Source of the DNA: a virus
Virus record (IMG/VR): IMGVR_UViG_3300023174_003433
Location: 53,728-117,727 of that record
Reading direction: 5' to 3' (one strand)
DNA: 64,000 nt
Shown piece after piece: positions 29,298-37,907 of this stretch (positions within the stretch are counted from its first letter, which is position 1; every line of letters begins with the position of its first letter). Both the position numbers and the translations under genes were made by a program. Under the pieces are notes generated by a model. The model made no database searches. It saw only the letters and a list, made by a program, of their open reading frames with translations, and was not told the origin of the DNA.

Positions 29298-30797
29298 ATG
29301 GATTACCAAAAAGCCAAAGATGTTAGAGGTAAATCTTTTTCATCACTACTGATAGACAATATTGTTGGAGGTGGTGGTGTTGGTTCGTCTTTAAGTAAAA
29401 CCATTTCAGAAAAAACACAAGCAAGCGTTAAAGGCATAAAACAGGCCTTTGACCCATTACAAATTGCCAAGACTTTAACTTTTGGTGGTAATATTGCACC
29501 AGCATTATTAGGTCGTGCAATGGGTCGTAGTAAAGGAGATATTAAGTTTTTTACTGGTAGAACCAGAAAAAGACGTTCTGCATTTGCAAGTGCACTAGAT
29601 AATTCTGCTTCTGGTATTGGCCAAGCAAATCCTGCTGTCGAGGCTTTAGGTAACATTTACGATCTATTGGTTGAAAAAGATGAATTAAGAAAACAAGAAA
29701 TACTCGATAGAGAAAAAGAATCTAAAAATGAAGAAGATTATGCTGAGTTTGTTAATCAAGAATTAATTAAAGCATTAACTGCTCGTAGAAAACCTTCTAA
29801 AGAAAAAAAACAATATCGTGATGAAAAAGGCAGGTTTGCTAAAGAACCTCCTGTTGAAGCGCCAAAAAGTGCACCAGCACCTAAACCAGCAACACCAGCA
29901 CCAGCACCTAAACCAGCAACACCAGCACCAGCACCTAAACCAGCAACACCAGCAGCTAAGCCACCAGCACCAGCAGCTAAGCCAACAGTTAAACCATCTA
30001 CAGCCGTAAAATTGTCAACTGGAGCTGCAGCAATATCAATATTTGGAGAAACCGGAGCAAAAACTCCAGAGCAAGCTTTAAAAAAAGGTGGCCAAATTGT
30101 GGGTAACGATCCTAGTGCCGGTTATTATTCATATGGAATTTTTGGTATGAATTCCAAATCAAAAACTATTGACGATTTTGTTGTACAGAACCCACAATTT
30201 GGATTTAAAGAAAAACCAGGCACAAAAGAATTTAACGAAGAATGGAAAAAAGTGGCATCTGAACGAGCAAAAGAACTGTTTGATGCACAGATGGATTGGT
30301 ACGAAAAAAATGTATTTGATCCATTAAAGAAAGACTTATCATCTAAATTACCTAATGGTTTTGGAGAAGATCCTAGAGTAATATCTTATTTTGCTGATAG
30401 GCGAATACAATATGGAAAAGTGCAAGAAAATTCAGCAATAGAATATGCAAAATCATCTTCAACACCAACAGAATTTTTAGAGAAAATCACTGATTACGAT
30501 TTAAACACTTTAAATTTGAGCTTTCCAACAGCACTAAAAAATAATCCTGATATAAGAAAAGGTTTAGAAAATCGAGTAAAAAATAGAAAAAGTTTATCCT
30601 TATCAATTAATAATTCTGGCAATGTAATTGTTACCGGAGCTAAAGAGAATCAAGAACTTAAAGAAAGCTTAAATAGAGATAAACGAGCACAAGATACAGT
30701 AACAAATAATATAACCACAAATACAAGTCAAAAAACGGAAGAACGAGAAGAACCCGCTGATGATAAACCAGCACTTATGAAGAAAAGGCGCAAGTAA
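29298..30797 (+). CDS. Tape-measure/tail-lumen-like protein A with Pro-Ala-Lys linker and putative lysozyme-like (VgrG3 C-terminal-type) muramidase domain
   Basis: Located after gp26-gp51; ETG...DP..GYYSYG...NSK..T...F...PGTKEFNEEWKKVA...F.AQ..W....FDP pattern. Confidence 0.55.
   Translation: MDYQKAKDVRGKSFSSLLIDNIVGGGGVGSSLSKTISEKTQASVKGIKQAFDPLQIAKTLTFGGNIAPALLGRAMGRSKGDIKFFTGRTRKRRSAFASALDNSASGIGQANPAVEALGNIYDLLVEKDELRKQEILDREKESKNEEDYAEFVNQELIKALTARRKPSKEKKQYRDEKGRFAKEPPVEAPKSAPAPKPATPAPAPKPATPAPAPKPATPAAKPPAPAAKPTVKPSTAVKLSTGAAAISIFGETGAKTPEQALKKGGQIVGNDPSAGYYSYGIFGMNSKSKTIDDFVVQNPQFGFKEKPGTKEFNEEWKKVASERAKELFDAQMDWYEKNVFDPLKKDLSSKLPNGFGEDPRVISYFADRRIQYGKVQENSAIEYAKSSSTPTEFLEKITDYDLNTLNLSFPTALKNNPDIRKGLENRVKNRKSLSLSINNSGNVIVTGAKENQELKESLNRDKRAQDTVTNNITTNTSQKTEEREEPADDKPALMKKRRK
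29871..29951 (+). repeat. Three perfect 27-bp tandem repeats (APAPKPATP)
   Basis: GCACCAGCACCTAAACCAGCAACACCA x3. Confidence 0.95.
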
Positions 30798-32182
30798 TGG
30801 ATTACCAACAAGCAGAAAAAATTAGAGGCAAATCTTTTGCTTCTTTAATGACAGAAAAACTTGCTGAAGGTGGTGGTATTGGTGGTTCATTGAGAGCAAC
30901 TGTTTCTGAAAGATCCCAAGCAAGAATGAAAGGTATCAAAGAAAAGTTTGATATTTTAAATATTGCCAAGATGTTGACCGGTGGTTCAAACTTAGCACCT
31001 GCCATTTTGGGCAGAATATTAGGTCGTAGCACAAGAGATATAAAGTATTTTGCTGGTATTAAAGATAAAAAGACCGCCAGTAAATTAGGACCAACTGGTG
31101 GTGATGTTAGTCCTGAAATGATGAATATTTTAGAAAAAATATACGATTTTCTAAAAGAAACAAATGATGAAGATAGGTTAAAAAAACAAAGTGAATCTCA
31201 ATTTGCTGAGGAAAAAGAATTAGAAAGAATGCGCCGGCACAAAGAACTTATGCAGGCTATAACAGGTAAACCGTACACACAAAAAATTGTAACTGCAACA
31301 AAGTTGGATGAAGAAGATGATGGAAGTTTTTTAGATAAATTTTTGAGAATGTTGAGTATTGGTAAAAACACTTGGAAAAATTTAAAATTTGCTTTAGGTG
31401 TTCTTGGTTTGGTTGGTGGTATGGTGGGATTTTATGGTGGCCTTTTGTGGTTGGTGAATAAAATGAATGAAATAACTCCAAACATGAAAGCTCTTTCACC
31501 AGAAGAAGCTCGAAATGTATTACAAAATGGAAGTCCAAAAGATATTGAAGCTGCCGGAGGCCGGCAATTCTTGGAAAATATTATTCTGAACCGCAAACAA
31601 GAAGCAATTGATGCATTAGCAATGGAACCAGGAGAAGAACGAGATAAAAGAATACGTCAATTGGGCGGTGAAGATAAATTAAATAAAATTGTTGCTGATA
31701 CAAAAGTTTATGAAGTTCCTGCACCCAGAGCTGTTGGTGAAGATATGGCTGAAAAACTTCCATTTACAAAAGAACAATTTATAGGAAAAGGAACCGCAAG
31801 GCGTGTAAAAGAAGATAAGTGGAACAAACAATATGCTCCATTTTATAATGATGATGGTACTTTAAAACAAGAACTTAAAGTTCAACCAAAAGAATCTCCT
31901 AAGCCAGAAACTCCAACACAAGTAGTTCCGGCACCTGTTACCAACAATACAGAACCTCCCTCAGTAGAAACCCCAAACGTTGGCCAAAAATTAAATGTGT
32001 TGCAAGGTGAAAATTTGATGGCAAAAATTGATGATAAAACTGAGGTGGCAAAAGCTATTACAACAAACAATGTTATTAAAAATGATTTGAATTCTTCTGT
32101 AAAGAGGGGTTACATACCTGCAGTAAGAAACCAAGAAGAAACGTTTCAACAAATGATATTACAAAGTACCAGAGTTGTATAA
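30797..32182 (+). CDS. Tape-measure/tail-lumen-like protein B, paralogue of 29298..30797, with a hydrophobic segment
   Basis: Shared N-terminal domain MDYQ.A...RGKSF.SL...; FALGVLGLVGGMVGFYGGLLWLV segment. Confidence 0.55.
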   Translation: MDYQQAEKIRGKSFASLMTEKLAEGGGIGGSLRATVSERSQARMKGIKEKFDILNIAKMLTGGSNLAPAILGRILGRSTRDIKYFAGIKDKKTASKLGPTGGDVSPEMMNILEKIYDFLKETNDEDRLKKQSESQFAEEKELERMRRHKELMQAITGKPYTQKIVTATKLDEEDDGSFLDKFLRMLSIGKNTWKNLKFALGVLGLVGGMVGFYGGLLWLVNKMNEITPNMKALSPEEARNVLQNGSPKDIEAAGGRQFLENIILNRKQEAIDALAMEPGEERDKRIRQLGGEDKLNKIVADTKVYEVPAPRAVGEDMAEKLPFTKEQFIGKGTARRVKEDKWNKQYAPFYNDDGTLKQELKVQPKESPKPETPTQVVPAPVTNNTEPPSVETPNVGQKLNVLQGENLMAKIDDKTEVAKAITTNNVIKNDLNSSVKRGYIPAVRNQEETFQQMILQSTRVV

Positions 32183-32183
32183 T

Positions 32184-32229
32184 AAAAAACCCGCCAAGGT
32201 TGCGCATTGTTAAGAGGCGTGGCGGGTGT
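32184..32229 (-). terminator. Intrinsic terminator at the convergence of the two strands
   Basis: Minus strand ACCCGCCA...TGGCGGGT followed by a T-tract. Confidence 0.7.
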
Positions 32230-32249
32230 GTTACTACTATTTAGAAGAA

Positions 32250-32378
32250 TTACTTCTTCTTTTCATCTTTCTTAACTTCTGCTTTTGGAGCTTCTTTCTT
32301 TGGCTCTTCTTTCTTAGGAGCTTGAGCAAAGGCGGTTACTGCAAATGCAGCTGCGAGTAGAGATACGAGATACTTCAT
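32250..32378 (-). CDS. 42-aa secreted Lys/Glu-rich peptide (absent from ORF track)
   Basis: MKYLVSLLAAAFAVTAFA|QAPKKEEPKKEAPKAEVKKDEKKK*; AxA signal-peptidase site; SD AAGGA. Confidence 0.75.
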   Translation of the reverse strand: MKYLVSLLAAAFAVTAFAQAPKKEEPKKEAPKAEVKKDEKKK

Positions 32379-32417
32379 TTTATTTCCTTTCAATCAAAGT
32401 TAAAAATTCACAAGGCA

Positions 32418-33296
32418 TTAATCTTCTTCAGCGAGCTTACTAAAGTATGCCATATCATCATCATCTGCTAGGTCAGGTTCAGCAACTGTTTTCTTAGTAG
32501 CAGTAAACTCTTTTGCTTTTACCTGTTCTACGGTCGTCTTTGGTGCTTCACCATTAAGGCCAAGTACCTTATCAAGACGTTTCTTCAAATCATCATATGA
32601 CTTAAATTCTTTATCACTAATCAACTCTTGTAGTGAGTATTGTGATTTCCAAATTGTTTCAAGTTCAGCATCATCACTAGATAATGGAGCTGCCGATTCA
32701 AATTCAGATTTGTCATAATTCTGATAACCTTCAACTTTACGAATCTTTAACTTGAAGTTAGCACCTTTCCATAAATCAAATGGATTGACTGCTTGTTCAT
32801 CAGCAAACTGAGGATTCATGGCTTCAGTAATCTTATCAAAGATTTTCTTACCATAACGGAACAAGAATACTTTACCTTCATTCTCAGGATGTTTTGGATC
32901 GGATACAATATAAACGTTTGAAACGTAATTTAGTTTACGTTTTTGTTTGCGAACTACATCTTTGTTCGCTTCTATACCAGAATTCCACAATGTAGAATTG
33001 TGTTCACACACAGGACATTGTTGATTCTTAGTGGTCAAACAATTATCAATTAACCAACCACCAGGACCTTGAAATCCATGTGAGAAGATTTTGACCCAAG
33101 GCAGAGCATCATCACCATCTTTTTCAGATGCAGGAAGAAAACGGATAGTGGCCATGCCATTACCTGCTTTATCAACTTCTGGACGCCAGAAATTATCGAC
33201 CTTTGTATTGCCTTCGGTTGTTTGGGAGAGTGCCTCGACTGCTTTAGATAGTTTGTCAAGGTTGCCAGATTGGCGTTTTAGATTTGCAAAACTCAT
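32418..33296 (-). CDS. gp32: Single-stranded DNA-binding protein gp32
   Basis: DKAGNG.A.IRFLPA, H.FQGPGGW.I.NCLTT...CPVC, YGKKIFDKI, NYDKSEF, acidic tail. Confidence 0.97.
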   Translation of the reverse strand: MSFANLKRQSGNLDKLSKAVEALSQTTEGNTKVDNFWRPEVDKAGNGMATIRFLPASEKDGDDALPWVKIFSHGFQGPGGWLIDNCLTTKNQQCPVCEHNSTLWNSGIEANKDVVRKQKRKLNYVSNVYIVSDPKHPENEGKVFLFRYGKKIFDKITEAMNPQFADEQAVNPFDLWKGANFKLKIRKVEGYQNYDKSEFESAAPLSSDDAELETIWKSQYSLQELISDKEFKSYDDLKKRLDKVLGLNGEAPKTTVEQVKAKEFTATKKTVAEPDLADDDDMAYFSKLAEED

Positions 33297-33360
33297 AGTA
33301 ATTCCTTTCGTATAAACGGAGTATTAAACGGTGTATAAACAACTTATCCACGAACTTCTC

Positions 33361-33389
33361 ATTATATAATAGTATTTATCCAATGTCAA
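33361..33389 (-). promoter_or_regulatory. Consensus sigma70 promoter (TTGACA-17-TATAAT) with nested late-type GATAAATA upstream of gp32
   Basis: tgtcaa 33384-89, attata 33361-66, tatttatc 33373-80. Confidence 0.8.
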
Positions 33390-33871
33390 GTGTACATTTT
33401 CAAAATACCTAACGTGGTCATGGTATCTGTGTGAAGTATACCAACACCACCTTCTCTACGCCATTGGTCAATATTAACTAGTGTATCATCAATCAATATT
33501 GAATTGGCATTAGAAAAATCTTTTTTCAATCTTTTACCTGGTACCAAATTGACCTTGAAACCAATGTTATGGGTTTGTAACCATGTTAGTTTCTGAGCCC
33601 TAATATCAGCATCACGTTTTTCGGATGATGTAGAAGATAATATCTCAGTAGGTATGTTTAACTTACTAAGATAGTTTAATAATGGTACAGCATCTGGCAT
33701 CAAATCTAGTGTTGCAAATTGTTGAGTGGCAATAAACTCACTAAAAAATTTATGAAACTCTTTTTTATTCTCTGCCTCTTTTGGTTCCATCTTGTACAAT
33801 TCTTTATACCGTTTATTAAAATCGGCAATCACACCATCCATGTCCAAGTAAATCTTTGTAATCTTATGCAT
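33386..33871 (-). CDS. HAD-family 5'(3')-deoxyribonucleotidase-like protein
   Basis: IYLDMDGVIADF, ILSS, K..W, ILIDD...N...W...GG.GILH. Confidence 0.85.
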   Translation of the reverse strand: MHKITKIYLDMDGVIADFNKRYKELYKMEPKEAENKKEFHKFFSEFIATQQFATLDLMPDAVPLLNYLSKLNIPTEILSSTSSEKRDADIRAQKLTWLQTHNIGFKVNLVPGKRLKKDFSNANSILIDDTLVNIDQWRREGGVGILHTDTMTTLGILKMYT

Positions 33872-34484
33872 GTTCTTTAATTTTTTCTTTCAATATTTCT
33901 TTAAACTTCTGTTTATTATAATTAATAAATGGTGTGTATTTCTTTACAATTCTTCGGTGTGTCGGCCAAATAATATCTTCAGTAATTTGTTTTTCCCATC
34001 GTGGCATACAGTCAAATATATCTATTAGAATACAAACTGTTTCTAATTTAATCTTATCGTGCATCATTTTGGTGATTAACATTGGCCAACCGCCATCAAT
34101 AGGTTTAAAGTAATCATCAATGTGCCAGAACTCAGCGCCATCAACACTATCGAACATATACATTATATCATTCTCAAAGGTATATGTCAAGCTTTGTTGA
34201 GTTTTTTGCCACTTGGTATAGTTCTCATCACCATCTTGAAGTAAATCACCAACCCAATCACCTTTGCCTTGAATAAAATTGGCAATATAAAAATCTTTGA
34301 GTTCCTCTAGATTGTATTTTCGGGATAATTTATAGAAATGGTATTTTGATTTGTTTGTACTAAATGTGGATTTAGATACATTCGTCTTACCATTGTATTT
34401 AAAGTAATCATAAGAATCGGAAGTAAAGTGCAGCTTCAATGCGTTCCATAGAGCATAGGCTGCAAAGCCTGTGTTCTCGGTCAT
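33864..34484 (-). CDS. gp59: Helicase loader gp59
   Basis: Y....ALKLHFT...YDYFKYNGK, F.KLSRKY, I.LET..I, KKY.PF. Confidence 0.9.
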   Translation of the reverse strand: MTENTGFAAYALWNALKLHFTSDSYDYFKYNGKTNVSKSTFSTNKSKYHFYKLSRKYNLEELKDFYIANFIQGKGDWVGDLLQDGDENYTKWQKTQQSLTYTFENDIMYMFDSVDGAEFWHIDDYFKPIDGGWPMLITKMMHDKIKLETVCILIDIFDCMPRWEKQITEDIIWPTHRRIVKKYTPFINYNKQKFKEILKEKIKEHA

Positions 34485-34702
34485 ATCGGCAGTTTCGAAC
34501 TCTTTTTCAACAGATTATTTTCTTGTGCTTCATCTTTAATCTTTGCTTTGAGTGCAGACGATATAAGAGTGGCAGCAACTTCTATTTCGAGTCCAGTTTC
34601 TTTACAATGATGACAGATGGCATCCATATAACCTAGATGTTCATCTGCCACTAGTTTTTCAATCAGCATACTAAATTGCTTTATTTCTTCACGACTTGGC
34701 AT
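34481..34702 (-). CDS. gp33: Late-transcription co-activator gp33
   Basis: F...IE.LV......YMDAI...C...G.E.E..A.LIS..LK.KI..EA...NLL....KLPI. Confidence 0.9.
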   Translation of the reverse strand: MPSREEIKQFSMLIEKLVADEHLGYMDAICHHCKETGLEIEVAATLISSALKAKIKDEAQENNLLKKSSKLPI

Positions 34703-34703
34703 A

Positions 34704-35243
34704 TTAAATTCTACTATAAAATATATGATTACCTATTTTCGTTACAACCTTGTTTCTATTCCAACCAGGATTTACATACGTAGCATGGTAATACAGTGCG
34801 TTTGTTTCTGCTATTTTATCATGTAAAACTGGAACTGTCAATGCTCTTTTTGCAATTAGTAGAGATTCTTCCCATCTATACCGATCTTGTCCGTGTACCA
34901 TTTCTTTGACCATACAGGTCCATGAAAATTGGCAAACTGTCCTAAGATTGGCATCTGTGGTTTTTTGGTAAACAACAGCACAGATGTCTGTTGGGAATTG
35001 GCCACTCTTAACACGATTAAGTGTTACTTGTGCAACGGCTAATTTACCTTCGTATGTTTCGCCAGCCGATTCATAGTAAATATTTTTGGCGAGGCATTCT
35101 ACTTGTTTGTTGTAACTTGCAGCAACTTGTTTCTCTGTTGCTGTCGATATGAATTCTTTTGATAGTGTTGGTACAGTAAACAAAACAGCAACTGCTGTTA
35201 ATACTGCCGTGACTAAATTAATTTTTGGAAGATTAAACTTCAT
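34704..35243 (-). CDS. SleB/CwlJ-like cell wall hydrolase (Hydrolase_2) with N-terminal anchor
   Basis: CLAKNIYYESAGE...GKLAVAQVTLNRV....FP..IC.VVYQ, CQFSW, YYHA.YVNP.W...KIGNHIFY. Confidence 0.9.
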   Translation of the reverse strand: MKFNLPKINLVTAVLTAVAVLFTVPTLSKEFISTATEKQVAASYNKQVECLAKNIYYESAGETYEGKLAVAQVTLNRVKSGQFPTDICAVVYQKTTDANLRTVCQFSWTCMVKEMVHGQDRYRWEESLLIAKRALTVPVLHDKIAETNALYYHATYVNPGWNRNKVVTKIGNHIFYSRI

Positions 35244-35261
35244 CTTATCTCCTTGTTAATT

Positions 35262-35277
35262 GCCGGCCGAAGCCGGC
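35262..35277 (-). other. C(UUCG)G tetraloop hairpin just upstream of the hydrolase RBS
   Basis: GCCGGC-TTCG-GCCGGC on the minus strand; no following U-tract. Confidence 0.65.
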
Positions 35278-35286
35278 TTTCTCCAA

Positions 35287-35565
35287 TTACGAATTTGATT
35301 TCGATTTTATTTTAACTTCAGGTTGTGGAGTGGTTTGAGAAACAAATTGATTGAGAGCTTCCGCTTTCTTTACAATTTCTTCTTCTGTGGGAAATGGCGG
35401 TAACGCCGGGAAATCAGGTGATGATGTGCCAGCAATTTTTGCTGCATCTACCTGTGTATGCCATTGCTGTTGTAGAGAATCATGTCTAGTGTGATAATCA
35501 TCAGTTAGCATATCTTTGGCCATTTTTAAGAGTTCTAGCCGAATCTCATAAGGTGTCATACTCAT
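35287..35565 (-). CDS. Conserved hypothetical phage protein
   Basis: TPYEIRLELLKMAKDML...P.FPTEEEI..KA..LN.FVS; SD AGGAG. Confidence 0.75.
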   Translation of the reverse strand: MSMTPYEIRLELLKMAKDMLTDDYHTRHDSLQQQWHTQVDAAKIAGTSSPDFPALPPFPTEEEIVKKAEALNQFVSQTTPQPEVKIKSKSNS

Positions 35566-35629
35566 TTACTTCTCCTTTTGTGTGTGTTTATGTGTATTAC
35601 CAGCGGTTTGTGTGTTGCTGGTGTTTTAT

Positions 35630-35925
35630 TTATCCAGGTGATTCTGTTGCTAAGTTCACCTGGTGAAACTCCGCTTACCTTTTAGGCAGCAAGTGCAAAC
35701 TTATTATCGTTAGCGTTTAATTTAATTTAGTGATTACGCCTTCTCTGGCGATTCTCCATTATTATACTAATCTGATAATCGAATCTATTCGCCCCCATTA
35801 GGAACTACACTAGACCAGTCTGGCTCTGTTTGCTACCGATAACTCGGTTCGTTCTAATGTAGTTGCTGGTGGAGGCGGTGGGATTCGCACCCACGTCTTA
35901 CCAAACGTTTTAATAACTTCTACGA
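35630..35925 (-). ncRNA. ssrA: Circularly permuted (two-piece) tmRNA, tag peptide (A)ANDNKFALAA*
   Basis: Acceptor piece ...GACGTGGG-TGCGAAT-CCCAC-CGCCTCC-ACCA ends at 35867 and precedes the coding piece starting GGGGGCG at 35796; G3.U70 pair; tag ORF 35714-35682; outer ends approximate. Confidence 0.92.
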
Positions 35926-35926
35926 A

Positions 35927-36037
35927 TTATTTCAAAATAAAAAGTATTGCTAGTACACCTACAGCGAATGCACAGGCACCCATGTAGAAAGCAAAACTTC
36001 TTACCTTATATTCTTTTACACAATCTTTGCTAGGCAT
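35927..36037 (-). CDS. Small membrane protein (36 aa)
   Basis: MPSKDCVKEYKVRSFAFYMGACAFAVGVLAILFILK*, coupled to the upstream ORF. Confidence 0.55.
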   Translation of the reverse strand: MPSKDCVKEYKVRSFAFYMGACAFAVGVLAILFILK

Positions 36038-36162
36038 TATAGAATCCTTTCTAGTAACCAAATAACAAAAAGAAAACTTAGACCACCAGCCAAAAGTTTT
36101 AAAGCCCCGTACTGTCTTTCATTCTGCTCGGGAGTGCAGAGTTTTTTCCAATATTTGTTCAT
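36037..36162 (-). CDS. Small membrane protein (41 aa)
   Basis: MNKYWKKLCTPEQNERQYGALKLLAGGLSFLFVIWLLERIL*, SD AGGA. Confidence 0.55.
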   Translation of the reverse strand: MNKYWKKLCTPEQNERQYGALKLLAGGLSFLFVIWLLERIL

Positions 36163-36224
36163 AGTGTTCCTATTATAAGTGTTTATACTTATATAGGCAA
36201 CCAGTTTACTTCAAGTTTACCACT

Positions 36225-36659
36225 TTATGGACACCAACTGGTCTTTGCCTCACCATAGTATTCCCGTGCATAACCTTGTTGGATCAACATGGAACGCAAG
36301 GACTGACCATTCAATAGTACGTCACCTAGGACACGACCACCATACTTGTCCCAATCCATTAATACCACTTGCCGAGTGGTAAATTGTTCTATCATCTTCT
36401 TGGTAAATGCTGTGGCGGCTTGGCCACGAGCATCCTCAGAAGGACATTTGGCACGAAAACCTTTTTCTGGCGTATCAACACCAAATACACGGATTGACAA
36501 TTCTTTCTTTAATGGATCTGGTAACCATAACGCTTGGAATGCCACAGTATCACCATCAATAACTCTAGTAATTGTTGCATTGTATGTTACGCCAGCTTTT
36601 TGTTGTTGAGCAAAAGCCAACATTGGTACAAATAATAATGTAAGTAATATTTTTTTCAT
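36225..36659 (-). CDS. Thermonuclease (SNase family) with signal peptide
   Basis: MKKILLTLLFVPMLAFA, RVIDGDT, IRVFGVDTPE, DKYGGRVLG, GYAREY. Confidence 0.9.
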   Translation of the reverse strand: MKKILLTLLFVPMLAFAQQQKAGVTYNATITRVIDGDTVAFQALWLPDPLKKELSIRVFGVDTPEKGFRAKCPSEDARGQAATAFTKKMIEQFTTRQVVLMDWDKYGGRVLGDVLLNGQSLRSMLIQQGYAREYYGEAKTSWCP

Positions 36660-37312
36660 TTGTATTGGTCCTTATAAAATTGTATGGCCTTTACCAAACC
36701 ATCGATATGATGTTCTGTTTTTTCTTGGAACAATAAAGGTTGTTCATCTTGTACTGCCATGATAATGACCAAATTATTTATTGGTGTGCCAATCAATTCT
36801 TCATACATGAGTGCATATGCTGATGTTTGCCAGAAATAATCTTCAATCTCAACTTTAGATTTTATTTTCTTAGATGTTTTAAAATCAATTACAGATAATA
36901 CACCATCAAACTCACCAATACAATCTACACGACCTGCCATACCTAATTGTTTAGACCATAGTGCTTGTTCTTGGTAATGAATATTATTGATACGATTGAG
37001 TAATGGCTTGATTGATTTAAACATTTCTTTGGCATCAGGCATAATATCACCTAACGATTCATTGTTTAAATAACGTTCACATAGTGTATGAACATTGGTG
37101 CCACGACCTGTGGCGGCCTTTGATATTCTATTGGCCTCTGCTTCACCAACTCGTTTACGCCATGCCATGATGGCATCTTTCTTTTGTGCACCAAGAACTG
37201 TGGTGACCGATGGCAACTTTGTGCCATCTTCTAATGTATAGTATCGTTTACCATCAGGAAAAGTTTCGGATTGTAAGTCTTTTAGTTCTTTTGGTGAACA
37301 GTAATTAAACAT
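36656..37312 (-). CDS. PD-(D/E)XK exonuclease of T4-like phages
   Basis: R.Y....G..LPSVTTVL, WRKRVG..EA, RGT.VH..CE.YL, AGRVDCI..FDG.LS.IDFKTS, Q..AYA.M.EE. Confidence 0.88.
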   Translation of the reverse strand: MFNYCSPKELKDLQSETFPDGKRYYTLEDGTKLPSVTTVLGAQKKDAIMAWRKRVGEAEANRISKAATGRGTNVHTLCERYLNNESLGDIMPDAKEMFKSIKPLLNRINNIHYQEQALWSKQLGMAGRVDCIGEFDGVLSVIDFKTSKKIKSKVEIEDYFWQTSAYALMYEELIGTPINNLVIIMAVQDEQPLLFQEKTEHHIDGLVKAIQFYKDQYK

Positions 37313-37907
37313 TCTTTTTCTCAAATTTAGGTATCAATAAAAATTCTCTTGTTATATCTATAATATAAATTAATCTTCTTTTGTTTGTTCTATTATATGC
37401 ACTATGTAATTCTCCATTATCAAAAGCAAACAAATTTGACCAATTGGTTGTTAAACCATTAACTTCAAAACCAGAATCTCCTTCGGGTATGATTAGTGGT
37501 ATATGTATTCTAACACTATTATGTGACCTATTTTCAACATCAACGTGTTTTTTAATTATTCCACCAGATTCTAAAATACTATAACCACTACAACCACAAT
37601 GTTTAATATATTTTTGTGTTAATGTTGATGCTGTTGGAAAAGCATTTGACACCTTTGGATCTAAAAACATATTACTCTCTTTTTTTTGTTCTGGCAAGAA
37701 GTATCGTAAACCTTCAACTTTCCAATCCACTTTTCCGGGAACATGATCTAAAATAGCCAATGGATTTGCCTTAGAATAGGGAATACCTCCCTTAAATGTG
37801 GTGTCAAAATCTTTGTGGTGGGCTAAAAATTCACTTCGTAAGTTTGGTACCAATGATAATAATTCATCCGCAATATGTATTTCTTCTTTTGTCCAAAGAT
37901 ATTTCAT
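37305..37907 (-). CDS. Fe(II)/2OG oxygenase, Asp/Asn beta-hydroxylase-like
   Basis: YSIL..GG.I.KHVD, RIHIPLIIP, FAFDN...HSAYN.T..RRLI.IIDI. Confidence 0.85.
   Translation of the reverse strand: MKYLWTKEEIHIADELLSLVPNLRSEFLAHHKDFDTTFKGGIPYSKANPLAILDHVPGKVDWKVEGLRYFLPEQKKESNMFLDPKVSNAFPTASTLTQKYIKHCGCSGYSILESGGIIKKHVDVENRSHNSVRIHIPLIIPEGDSGFEVNGLTTNWSNLFAFDNGELHSAYNRTNKRRLIYIIDITREFLLIPKFEKKNV

Noticed and set aside
36656-37312. Cas4/CRISPR association of the PD-(D/E)XK nuclease
   Set aside because: Typical T4-like core exonuclease; lacks the Cas4 cysteine cluster; no array or cas genes nearby
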